Below are positions 55,848 through 64,000 of a stretch of DNA of 64,000 nt, in pieces. The DNA is from an uncultured Roseicyclus sp. (GTDB taxonomy: Bacteria; Pseudomonadota; Alphaproteobacteria; Rhodobacterales; Rhodobacteraceae): NCBI GenBank assembly GCA_964460185.1, contig CAYWTM010000004.1:3151-67150 (forward strand), in the 5' to 3' direction. The first letter of the stretch is position 1, and every line of letters begins with the position of its first letter. Position numbers and translations under genes: made by a program. The notes beneath the pieces were generated by a model. That model did no database searches, was not told the origin of the DNA, and worked only from the letters and a program-made list of their open reading frames with translations.

Positions 55848-56720
55848 TTACGGCATGTCCCCGAAGATCGTCTTGAAGCGATCGATGCAGAGGCGGAAGC
55901 CGTTCTCGAAATTCCCATCGCCTGCGTGATAAACGCTCTCGAAGGAGATCACCCCGTCATAGCCATCGGCCCGCAAGGCATCGGCCATCGGCTGGAATTG
56001 ATCTGCCAGCTGCCCCTCGCCCATTCGCCGCACTTCCAGCGTTGCGCGCGGCGTGTCGACTTGGACGTCCTTGATGTGGATATGGCCCAGGTAGCCGTCC
56101 TTTGCCTCGTCATAGCCGTCCGGGTAGGCGACCTCGTGACACCAGCAATTGTTGGCAGGGTCCCAAAGAATCTTCAGAACGTCCTTGGCCCCCAGATCGT
56201 CAATCATCTTCCGACCCGTGTAGTTCGAATTGACCATCGTGCCGTTGCCGGTTTCGACCACAAGGGTTACGCCCGCGTCCCTGGCCACGTCAACCGCCGG
56301 GGCGATCAGCGGAAGCATGGCGTCCCACGCACCATTGGCGACGTTCCATCGCTCGGCCCCGTTGCGGCCCCAAAGGATCTGTTCCTTCTTGGGCGTCATG
56401 ATCCGCACCAAGGGGCTGCCGACGACATCGGCCATGTCGATCACCCGCCTGAGCGCATCCATGTGCCGGGTGTGCAACGCGTCTCCGGGTCGGTTCGCCC
56501 CAGTCATTCCGGCAAAGATATGACGGCTCAGGCAAGACACCGGCTTGCCACGGTCCCGCAAAAGCGTGTCGATCTCGCGGATTTCCTGTGCGCTGTGATC
56601 GCCCACTTCAGTGTCACCAACGAATTGCAGCTCGGCCCATTCCAAGCCGAACTCATCCATCACGTCGATGGTGTGTTTCAACTCGCGGCTGATGCCGTCA
56701 CAGATTACACCCAGTTTCAT
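55848..56720 (-). CDS. sugar phosphate isomerase/epimerase (xylose isomerase-like TIM barrel)
   Basis: 290 aa with motifs typical of the AP endonuclease 2 / xylose isomerase TIM-barrel family (HIHIKD...). Confidence 0.8.
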   Translation of the reverse strand: MKLGVICDGISRELKHTIDVMDEFGLEWAELQFVGDTEVGDHSAQEIREIDTLLRDRGKPVSCLSRHIFAGMTGANRPGDALHTRHMDALRRVIDMADVVGSPLVRIMTPKKEQILWGRNGAERWNVANGAWDAMLPLIAPAVDVARDAGVTLVVETGNGTMVNSNYTGRKMIDDLGAKDVLKILWDPANNCWCHEVAYPDGYDEAKDGYLGHIHIKDVQVDTPRATLEVRRMGEGQLADQFQPMADALRADGYDGVISFESVYHAGDGNFENGFRLCIDRFKTIFGDMP

Positions 56721-57616
56721 TGCGCGCCCTCCCGGTGCAGTTCGGCACCTACGATGTCTTCGATGACCCGGGCACAGACCCAGTTATCGGCGTCGGGATA
56801 TTTCGACTTGCCCGCATGGAATATCTGCATGGCCGCTGCGGCCATGTGCATTGGCACGGTCAGCTCTTCCGCGAGGTTGAGCGAGATCGTCAGATCCTTG
56901 TGCATGGTGCCGATGCCACTTCCGGTATTCTCGAATTTTCGGTCGATGATGTTTTCCAGCGCCGTGTTGGTGCAGCCGCAACCCGCGCCGCTGGTAGAAA
57001 ACACGCGGTAAAGATCCTCTCCCTTCACCCCCGCCTTGGCGGCCAGAACAGCCGCCTCGAACGTTGCCGAAAAGATCGAGCCAATCAGTGTCTGGAGACA
57101 GGCCTTGACTGTCTGACCCATCCCCGGCGCAGTCCCGATGTGATGGATCGTAGCCGATACCGCCTCCATTGCCGGGCGGGCCCGCGCGATGACCTCTTCC
57201 GGGGCCGACGCCATCATGGTCAGCGTCCCGCCCTGCGCGCCGGGAAATCCGCCAGAGACCGGGCTGTCGATCAGGGCGATCGTGCCGCCTTCCATCGCGG
57301 CCCCGATCTCGCGCGCCTCACGTGGCTTGATGGTCGCGGTCAGGATGATCACCCCACCATCAGCCATGGCGGCAGCCAGCCCGTCGGGGCCAAGGATCAC
57401 CGATTTCGCCTGATCGCCGTTCATGACCATCACGAAGGCGACGTCCGCGCCTTTTCCGGCTTCAGGGATCGTCCCCGCGGCCTGTCCACCCATCTTTGTG
57501 AACGTAGCCATTCTGGCCGGGCTCAGATCGAACCCGGCGACGTCGAAACCCGCCTCTATCAGGTTCTTGGCCAGGCCCGAACCCATGTCGCCCAGACCAA
57601 TTACACTTACGCGCAT
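56717..57616 (-). CDS. NAD(P)-dependent oxidoreductase (3-hydroxyisobutyrate dehydrogenase family)
   Basis: MRVSVIGLGDMGSGLAKNL Rossmann motif. Start ATG at 57616. Confidence 0.9.
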   Translation of the reverse strand: MRVSVIGLGDMGSGLAKNLIEAGFDVAGFDLSPARMATFTKMGGQAAGTIPEAGKGADVAFVMVMNGDQAKSVILGPDGLAAAMADGGVIILTATIKPREAREIGAAMEGGTIALIDSPVSGGFPGAQGGTLTMMASAPEEVIARARPAMEAVSATIHHIGTAPGMGQTVKACLQTLIGSIFSATFEAAVLAAKAGVKGEDLYRVFSTSGAGCGCTNTALENIIDRKFENTGSGIGTMHKDLTISLNLAEELTVPMHMAAAAMQIFHAGKSKYPDADNWVCARVIEDIVGAELHREGAQ

Positions 57617-57739
57617 GACGCACCTCTTTTCTTGTTGCGCGGGCTTGGCCCGCAATTGAATTCTGGAGATTTCGGTCGCCGCAAACCGCGGAGACGGGCC
57701 GGTCCGGAAGACACCCCAACGCCCATTGGCTTCATCAAT

Positions 57740-59020
57740 TCATGGCCCCATCACGGCGTCCGGTATCCACATCACCAAGTTCGGAAACACACAGATGAGG
57801 AACAGCACTGCCACGTTGCCCAGAAGGAAAGGCGCGGCCCCCAGAAAGATTGTCCCGATCGGCAGGCGGCAGATCGCAGCGCATACATTCAGACAATTGC
57901 CCACCGGCGGCGTGCAGGCACCGACCGCAAGGCCACAGACCATGACAACGCCGAAATGCACGCCCGAGATGCCGAACTGCTCGGCCACGGGCAAAAGAAC
58001 CGGTGTCAGCAGCAAGATCGCGGGACTGACATCAATGAACGTACCAGCCAGCAAGATCAGCAAGGCCGTCACGAGAAGGAAAGTCGTTGCATTCAGCCCG
58101 AGGCCTTCCACGAAACCCGCGAGTTGCTCGGGCACACGTTCAAGCGCGAGGACGGTAATGAAGACCTGGCTGAAAGCGATGATCATCATGATCTTGGCTG
58201 ACATGATGATCGCCGTGCGCATGGCCCCCGGCATCTCCCGGAGCACGCCGAAACCGACGATGAACAGCCCGATGATAAGGCCGTAGACCGCTGCTGCCCC
58301 TGCTGTTTCCGTCGGCGTGACGAAGCCGAAGACAACCGAACCGACGATCAGGACGGGCATCAGGACGACAGCTGCCGAACGGCGCATTTGGCGCAGGCCT
58401 TCTTCAAGCGTGAACGGCACCGCTTCGGTTGGAAAGTTCCGGGCGACGGCAATGCGCCAGACGATGACCAACTGGAAAACGCCGACCATGACGCCCGGAA
58501 TGATACCGGCCAGAAACAGGCGTCCGATGGATTCCTCTGCCGCGATGGCGTAGATGATCATCGGCACGGAGGGCGGGATGATCATCCCCATTGTGGACGA
58601 CGCGACGGTGATCCCCGCGGCGAAGCTCATCGGGTAGCCGCGCCGCACCATTTCCGGGATCAGGATCGACCCGATCGACGCCGTGTCAGACGCCGAGGAC
58701 CCGGAAATACCTCCGAAGATCATCGACCCGACGACGTTGACCAGCCCAAGACCGCCCTTGAGCCGCCCGACAAAGAACATCGACAGGTCCAGAAGCCGCC
58801 GGGTGATCCCACCGGAGTTCATGACCAGGCCCATCAAGATGAAGAACGGAAGCGACACCAGCGCGTAATTATTGATCCCGGCAAAGAAGCGTTGAACCAC
58901 GAAACCGGTCCCGAACGGGGCTTCCAGCAGGAAATAGGCAAGGCTGGCAAGGCCAAGCGCATAGGCGATCGGGACACCGATCAAGAGCAGGACGAACAGG
59001 GCGCAGAAAAGTACGAGCAT
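57740..59020 (-). CDS. dctM: TRAP transporter large permease
   Basis: 426 aa, 12-TM DctM-type sequence. Confidence 0.95.
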   Translation of the reverse strand: MLVLFCALFVLLLIGVPIAYALGLASLAYFLLEAPFGTGFVVQRFFAGINNYALVSLPFFILMGLVMNSGGITRRLLDLSMFFVGRLKGGLGLVNVVGSMIFGGISGSSASDTASIGSILIPEMVRRGYPMSFAAGITVASSTMGMIIPPSVPMIIYAIAAEESIGRLFLAGIIPGVMVGVFQLVIVWRIAVARNFPTEAVPFTLEEGLRQMRRSAAVVLMPVLIVGSVVFGFVTPTETAGAAAVYGLIIGLFIVGFGVLREMPGAMRTAIIMSAKIMMIIAFSQVFITVLALERVPEQLAGFVEGLGLNATTFLLVTALLILLAGTFIDVSPAILLLTPVLLPVAEQFGISGVHFGVVMVCGLAVGACTPPVGNCLNVCAAICRLPIGTIFLGAAPFLLGNVAVLFLICVFPNLVMWIPDAVMGP

Positions 59021-59021
59021 G

Positions 59022-59525
59022 TCAGTCCTCGGGCATCCAGAGACGGTCGAGGCCTTCTTCGCCCCCCAGTGTGAGCGCGATTTTCACGAAGCTGTAAAAG
59101 ACCGCCAGCGAGCAGGCGATTGGAACCACGATGAAGACATAGGCCTGTCGCATCCCGAACGGTTGCCAGATGTTGCCGCCCGGCCCCGCTATCCAGTCGA
59201 TTGACAGGTAGACGAGGGCCCCGTTCATGACCGCGACAAGCAAAAGGCCCAGAATGTAGAAGGCCATGGTGAACGGACGCGGAAGCGCCTCGATGAAAAA
59301 AGTGATCGCGATGTGCTCGCGTTTGCTGATCGCCACCGCGCCCCCAAGGGCGCTGGTCGTCAGGAATGCGATCTTTACCAGTTCATCGACGCCGAAGATC
59401 GACTGATCGAATGGCCGCAACAGGACCTTCGTGCAGACGATGACCAGAAAAATTCCGAACAAGATGACCATGACCGCTTCGACGAGACGGGTTAGCCAGG
59501 CGTCGAACGCCGCGAGCGATTTCAT
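59022..59525 (-). CDS. dctQ: TRAP transporter small permease
   Basis: 167 aa, 4-TM, located between dctP and dctM. Confidence 0.85.
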   Translation of the reverse strand: MKSLAAFDAWLTRLVEAVMVILFGIFLVIVCTKVLLRPFDQSIFGVDELVKIAFLTTSALGGAVAISKREHIAITFFIEALPRPFTMAFYILGLLLVAVMNGALVYLSIDWIAGPGGNIWQPFGMRQAYVFIVVPIACSLAVFYSFVKIALTLGGEEGLDRLWMPED

Positions 59526-59548
59526 GGCACATTCCTTGCGGTCAGTTC

Positions 59549-59584
59549 GAACGCGCGGGGCATGAATCGAGGCCCCGCGCGTTC
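59549..59584 (-). promoter_or_regulatory. intercistronic GC-rich stem-loop between dctP and dctQ
   Basis: GAACGCGCGGGGC-N10-GCCCCGCGCGTTC, a perfect 13-bp stem. Confidence 0.6.
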
Positions 59585-59597
59585 TGGGAGGATCACG

Positions 59598-60593
59598 TTA
59601 GCCGCAGGATTGCGCGGCGGCCCGCGCCGCCGTGACATCTTCCGCGGTGAAATGCCCCGCATCGATCATCTGCTGGTACACAGGTTGGACACGCTCCTGG
59701 AATTCCGCAAGCGCCTCCGGGGTGAGCGTATTGATTTCCATGAACTCTGCCAGATCCTCGATCACTGACGACTCGGCCTCGCGATAGAGTTGATCGGACA
59801 TCGCCAATGCCTCGACCGCGACTTCGTCAAAGATCTGCTGCAGGTCCTCGGGCAGGGTCTCGTACCAGGCCATGTTGACGATCAACGGATCGGGACCGGT
59901 CATATGATTGGTCAGCGAAAGGTAATCCTGCACTTCATGAATGTTGAAGTCCCAGATGTTCTGGGGCGGGTTGTGCTGCCCGTCGATCACGCCCTGCTGA
60001 AAGGCCTGATAGGCCTCGGAGAACGGCATTGCCACCGGCACAGACCCAAGCGCCGTGCCGGTTGCGATCATCAGATCGGACTGCGGCTCGCGGATTTGCA
60101 GACCGGCCAGGTCGGACACTTGCGTGATCGGACGCGCGTTCGTGGTGTAGGCTCGGAAGCCCTGGCTGATGCCTGTCGCCGGAATGTGATAGCCGTTGCC
60201 TGCGGCGCGCATCTGCACGTCGCCGGTGAAGTCCGAGGCAACCAGACATTCCATTTCGTCCCACCCCGATACAAGGAACGGCAACTGGTAGAGGTTGAAC
60301 GAACCGGACGCATCCGCGAAGAAGCCGCCCCGGGTTCCCTGAAGCAGGCCGGACGTGACCTGATCCATCATTTCCCGTTCGTTGCCGAGCGTCCCCCCAA
60401 AGAAGTTTTCGACCTCGATCCGTCCCCCGGAACGCTCTTCGAGTTGCTCTTCGAAGAACACCATCGATTGCGAGCGAATAGCCGTTTCCGGTTGAGCATT
60501 GCCATACCGGAACGTGAAATCCTGTGCTGCAGCGGCAGACGCAAAGAGTGCAATGCCGGCGACGCTCGCCGACAGCAGCTTGATATTTGACAT
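59598..60593 (-). CDS. dctP: TRAP transporter substrate-binding protein
   Basis: Signal peptide followed by a DctP-family fold, 331 aa. Confidence 0.9.
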   Translation of the reverse strand: MSNIKLLSASVAGIALFASAAAAQDFTFRYGNAQPETAIRSQSMVFFEEQLEERSGGRIEVENFFGGTLGNEREMMDQVTSGLLQGTRGGFFADASGSFNLYQLPFLVSGWDEMECLVASDFTGDVQMRAAGNGYHIPATGISQGFRAYTTNARPITQVSDLAGLQIREPQSDLMIATGTALGSVPVAMPFSEAYQAFQQGVIDGQHNPPQNIWDFNIHEVQDYLSLTNHMTGPDPLIVNMAWYETLPEDLQQIFDEVAVEALAMSDQLYREAESSVIEDLAEFMEINTLTPEALAEFQERVQPVYQQMIDAGHFTAEDVTAARAAAQSCG

Positions 60594-60740
60594 TTCTTCC
60601 TCCCTTGACCCGTTAAGGGCCCGTTGTGTCGATCAATCTGTTGAAAGGATGCAAATACGTAAACAAAAAAGACCATCAAATGAGACAATTGATGTTTCTT
60701 GAGGTTTTACAGTGCTCAAAAGGTGCAGTATTGGTGTGAA

Positions 60741-61793
60741 ATGATGGATAATTCCAATACCAAATCGAATCTCGGGATCCGGCGACGGGCCACGGTTGCG
60801 CAGATTGCAAAACTTGCCGGAGTGGGTCCCGCCACCGTGGACCGGGTCTTGCACGACCGCGATCACGTCGGGTCATCGACGCGGCAACGCGTACTTCAAG
60901 CCAAGGAGGCTATAGAAACCGGGGTCACACCGGCCTCGCGCCTGCGGCCATGGCGGCTCAGGGTTCTGCTGCCGGAAGATGCCGGCCCCTCGACCGAGTT
61001 TCTGGGGCAGTGCTTTCACGAATTCGGCGCGCGCGGCACTGCGACAGTCGAATGCATCTACACCAAGAAGATGGAGCCCGGCATCCTGGCGCGCAAGTTG
61101 CTCGCCTCGGCGGGGCACGGCATCGATGCCGTCGCGTTTCAGGCACTTGACGATCCACGGGTCCACAATGCCGTGCATGAGCTGGAACGACTGAAGGTGC
61201 CGACCCTCGCGATCCTGTCTCAGATCGAACATCCCTCGCTGGTCAGTTACATCGGACTCGACAACCGCGCTGCGGGGCGGACGGGCGGCTACCTCATGGG
61301 GCGGTTGACGCAACGCCCGGGCGCCGTCGTGGTCGTGACCTCCGGCCAATTGTATCGCAGCCATGAAGATCGCGAGATGGGCTTTCGGCTCGCCCTTCGT
61401 CAGGGCTTTCAGCAGATCAGCGAAATCATCACCTGCAGCGCACAGGACGACGCCGAGGGAAACTATCGGGCGATCCGACGGTTGCTGGATGAACGGGATG
61501 ATATCGTCGGCATCTACAGCGTCGGCGGCGGGAACATGGGCATTGCGCGTGCACTTGGTGAGGCCGGGCTGTCGCGCGAAATCGTCTTCATTTGCCACAA
61601 CCTGACGTCCCGGACGCAAGGCTTCTTGTTGGATGGAACCATCGACTTGGTCCTGCACGTCAACATGCGCTTGGTGGCCGAAGAAGCCGTCGAAGCGCTT
61701 TGTGCCCACCTTGAGCACCGCACGTTCAAACCACGCGCCCTGCTGACCGGCGTCATCACCCGCGAGAACATCATTGGGGCCACTTTTGGCTAG
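60741..61793 (+). CDS. LacI-family transcriptional regulator
   Basis: ATVAQIAKLAGVGPATVDRVLHDR HTH. Start ATG at 60741. Confidence 0.9.
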   Translation: MMDNSNTKSNLGIRRRATVAQIAKLAGVGPATVDRVLHDRDHVGSSTRQRVLQAKEAIETGVTPASRLRPWRLRVLLPEDAGPSTEFLGQCFHEFGARGTATVECIYTKKMEPGILARKLLASAGHGIDAVAFQALDDPRVHNAVHELERLKVPTLAILSQIEHPSLVSYIGLDNRAAGRTGGYLMGRLTQRPGAVVVVTSGQLYRSHEDREMGFRLALRQGFQQISEIITCSAQDDAEGNYRAIRRLLDERDDIVGIYSVGGGNMGIARALGEAGLSREIVFICHNLTSRTQGFLLDGTIDLVLHVNMRLVAEEAVEALCAHLEHRTFKPRALLTGVITRENIIGATFG

Positions 61794-62773
61794 AGGCTTT
61801 CCTTGGTGAGGAGTTCAAACCGCAGCGGTGCGGGCTCCGGCCCGGCGTGGCCCCGCAGCACGGCATCGGCCATGGCATCGGCAACCTGCTTCGCCAGTTG
61901 ATTGAAGTCGGCCGAGATCACCAAGTCGGCCGTGCCCGTCATCAAAGCCCGTTCGCTATCCGGTGAGCGTGAATGGCAAATATACGTGATCTCACCCGCT
62001 CGACCGGATTCCTCCAGGGCACGGGCAACCCCGCCAACGCCTCCGCCCGAATGATAGATACCAGCCAGGCCCGCGCTACGATCCAGAAGCTCTTGCGCCG
62101 CACCATAGGCCACGGTTTCGTCGTCGAGGTAGACCATCGTATCGCAGATCGCCCTGCCAGGCTGGTAGTCAAGCATCGCGCTGCGGAAACCCCGCTCATT
62201 CGCGTCCTGACCCAGATAACGGTGAGACCCCAAAAGAATGCCAATTTCGCCCTGCGAAGACGTCATGCGGGCCATTGCCCACCCAGCTGTCCGGCCTGCC
62301 ACGACCCCGTCAACGCCAACATATCCCGCGATATCTGGCGCGCGGAGAGGGCTGAGAAGCGCATAAACCGGCACGCCACGCGCATTGCACTCCTGGACCG
62401 CATCCGAGACTGCGGGGTGGTCGACCGAGACGACGGCCAGAACATCGACCTCAGCGCCCAAGCGCCTGATTTCTGCCGCCAGCGCATCGGCAGACAGGCT
62501 CCCCACAAACGAGAAGACCGGCTCCGCTCGGACATTCCGGCATTCGTCGACCGCAATGCGCAGCGCATTCGCCAGCCGCTGGTAGACCCACTTCCCCTCT
62601 TTCTGAAGCAGAAAGCCCAACTTGCAGGTTGGTGCGAGCTGGGAAAGGCGATGACGCAGCAGAGCCTTGCCGTGGAAGCCCACTGCCTCTGCAGCGGCGA
62701 CCACCCGCGCGGCGGTGTCAGGCGCGACGGGTGCCCTCGCGTTCAGAACACGATCTACAGTCGCGATGCCCAC
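61790..62773 (-). CDS. LacI-family paralog with an N-terminally truncated HTH
   Basis: The PBP-like sensor domain is intact, but only ...GIATVDRVLNARAP of the HTH remains. The ORF-track N-terminus (to 62845) runs through the tRNA terminator hairpin. A GTG at 62773 is a possible start. Confidence 0.6.
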   Translation of the reverse strand: MGIATVDRVLNARAPVAPDTAARVVAAAEAVGFHGKALLRHRLSQLAPTCKLGFLLQKEGKWVYQRLANALRIAVDECRNVRAEPVFSFVGSLSADALAAEIRRLGAEVDVLAVVSVDHPAVSDAVQECNARGVPVYALLSPLRAPDIAGYVGVDGVVAGRTAGWAMARMTSSQGEIGILLGSHRYLGQDANERGFRSAMLDYQPGRAICDTMVYLDDETVAYGAAQELLDRSAGLAGIYHSGGGVGGVARALEESGRAGEITYICHSRSPDSERALMTGTADLVISADFNQLAKQVADAMADAVLRGHAGPEPAPLRFELLTKESL

Positions 62774-62798
62774 GTGGCCAGAGCCCCCCCCGAACGCA

Positions 62799-62824
62799 AA
62801 AGGCCTCCCAAATGGGAGGCCTTT
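62799..62824 (-). terminator. intrinsic terminator downstream of tRNA-fMet
   Basis: AAAGGCCTCCC-loop-GGGAGGCCTTT. On the minus strand the stem runs into TTTTG. Confidence 0.7.
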
Positions 62825-62851
62825 GAGCGCTTGATTTGAAATCAAGGAATT

Positions 62852-62928
<77 letters not shown>

Positions 62929-63115
62929 CCAATGAGTGTCATGTAACCGTCATCGCCCGGGGCCGCAAGGGCAGGACATGGGAAAACAGCCAGTCTCATG
63001 GAATTTGTTTGGCGATGGCGTTGACGGGTTTGTGACCCAAAAGGGGTAAGGCGTGAATTGCAGTGACGACACCCTGTTTCTAGGGTTCGGATACGGACTG
63101 AAACCGGCTTAACGA

Positions 63116-63628
63116 GTGGAAATCATGAAGAAATCGAAGCGCCCGGCGGCTACATCCAAGCGCAAAGGCAATGCGGCGGCGGTCAAGGCCGCAGCGGCCA
63201 ACACCACGTCCTCGCGGCGGGATATCCTGAGGCTCGCCGGGTATGGCAGCCTCGGCGCGCTGGCGCTGGGGGGGGCCGGTGTCTGGGTCGTATCCGGGAT
63301 TCGGGCGACCGCGGCCGAGCAGGATCTGGGGCGGATCGGGGATGGGCAGCGCGCGATCGTCCAGATTCACGACCCCACCTGTTCCATGTGTACCGAGCTT
63401 CAGCGGAACACACGACGTGCCCTTAGATGCGTGGAGGGGGCAGAGCCCCTGTACCTGGTCGCCAGCATGCTTACGACCGAGGGGGCAACCTATGCCGCGC
63501 GCCACGGGGTTTCGCATGTCACGCTGCTGTTGCTGGACGGGGCAGGAGACGTCGAACAGGTTCTGAGTGGTGTCAGGGGCACCGACGAGCTCAAACCGAT
63601 CTTCCAGCATCACTTTTCACGGGCCTGA
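63116..63628 (+). CDS. membrane-anchored thioredoxin-fold protein with a CxxC motif
   Basis: N-terminal SRRDILRLAGYGSLGALALGGAGV (Tat-like signal or anchor), then HDPTCSMC. Good GC3. Start at ATG 63116 or ATG 63125. Confidence 0.65.
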   Translation: MEIMKKSKRPAATSKRKGNAAAVKAAAANTTSSRRDILRLAGYGSLGALALGGAGVWVVSGIRATAAEQDLGRIGDGQRAIVQIHDPTCSMCTELQRNTRRALRCVEGAEPLYLVASMLTTEGATYAARHGVSHVTLLLLDGAGDVEQVLSGVRGTDELKPIFQHHFSRA

Positions 63629-63776
63629 AACACGGCGTTCGGCTGCCGACAGGCCGCTTTCGCGCGGGTGCCAAGGATATGGGCGATGCAAAGACGCGGC
63701 ACGCGGCAATGCGCGCTGTGTCGGGCTTCCATTTTCGGGGTGAAATCGTCAGAGAGATACGGTGTGTTTCTTTCTA

Positions 63777-63894
63777 GGTTTGGCGGTGACCTACTCTCCC
63801 ACGTCTTAAGACGCAGTACCATCGGCGCAGTAGCACTTAACGGCCGGGTTCGGAATGGAGCCGGGTGTTTTGCTTACGCTATGACCACCAAACC
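63777..63894 (-). rRNA. rrf: 5S ribosomal RNA
   Basis: Reverse complement reads GGTTTGGTGGTCATAGCGTAAGC...CCGAACCCGGCCGTTAAGTGC...GGGAGAGTAGGTCACCGCCAAACC, with complementary ends. Confidence 0.9.
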
Positions 63895-63961
63895 GAGAAA
63901 GAAACACACATCCAAGTCAAGGACACTATGGTGATGCTTGTGATTTCATAGAAGCCTGGCT

Positions 63962-64000
63962 TCTACTGGATCAAATCAAGCCTATCGAGCAATTAGTACC
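63962..64000 (-). rRNA. rrl: 23S ribosomal RNA, 3'-terminal fragment (continues beyond the window)
   Basis: Reverse complement GGTACTAATTGCTCGATAGGCTTGATTTGATCC resembles the conserved 23S 3' end. The exact 3' boundary is uncertain. Confidence 0.65.

Noticed and set aside
63080-63613. Minus-strand 177-aa ORF co-directional with the rrn operon.
   Set aside because: The translation is low-complexity and Arg/Gly/Pro-rich with no features. The opposite-strand ORF 63116-63628 has a signal/anchor segment, a CxxC motif and better codon usage.

Overview
High-GC chromosome segment, judged by eye at roughly 60-65% GC. Gene content suggests an alphaproteobacterium, probably Rhodobacterales: TTT, TRAP and TAXI transporters, pca genes, and an rrn tail ordered 23S-5S-tRNA-fMet. 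Most of the window is tightly packed catabolic operons. (1) 1-19.4 kb: sugar and polyol oxidation genes (two GMC oxidoreductases, SDR, DUF993-like, Gfo/Idh/MocA, glycerate kinase), a sugar ABC transporter and two LacI regulators. (2) 19.7-39.7 kb: a protocatechuate / acyl-CoA catabolic mosaic. It holds pcaHG, pcaD, pcaF, a CMD-family protein, two family-III CoA-transferases, two acyl-CoA dehydrogenases, a MaoC hydratase, GST, flavin reductase, a GntR regulator, TctABC, a TtdAB-like Fe-S hydro-lyase and a 2-hydroxyacid dehydrogenase. (3) 48.3-62.8 kb: an RpiR regulator, a TAXI-TRAP system with an aminotransferase and a BKACE enzyme, a DctPQM TRAP system, and two LacI-type genes. (4) 62.85-64.0 kb: tRNA-fMet, 5S rRNA and the 3' end of 23S rRNA on the minus strand. 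The standout is a 7.4 kb minus-strand operon (47673 to 40274). It encodes a standalone Roadblock/LC7 protein followed by four dynamin-family GTPases arranged as two long+short modules. The last GTPase carries a degenerate switch-II motif and a C-terminal Roadblock-like domain. A 670 bp non-coding region with a locally AT-rich tract lies upstream of it. I know of no characterised system that couples Roadblock modules to bacterial dynamins, so this is my candidate for the novel system. No CRISPR array, transposase or integrase is visible. All calls rest on reading the ORF translations and the DNA by eye; no searches were run.
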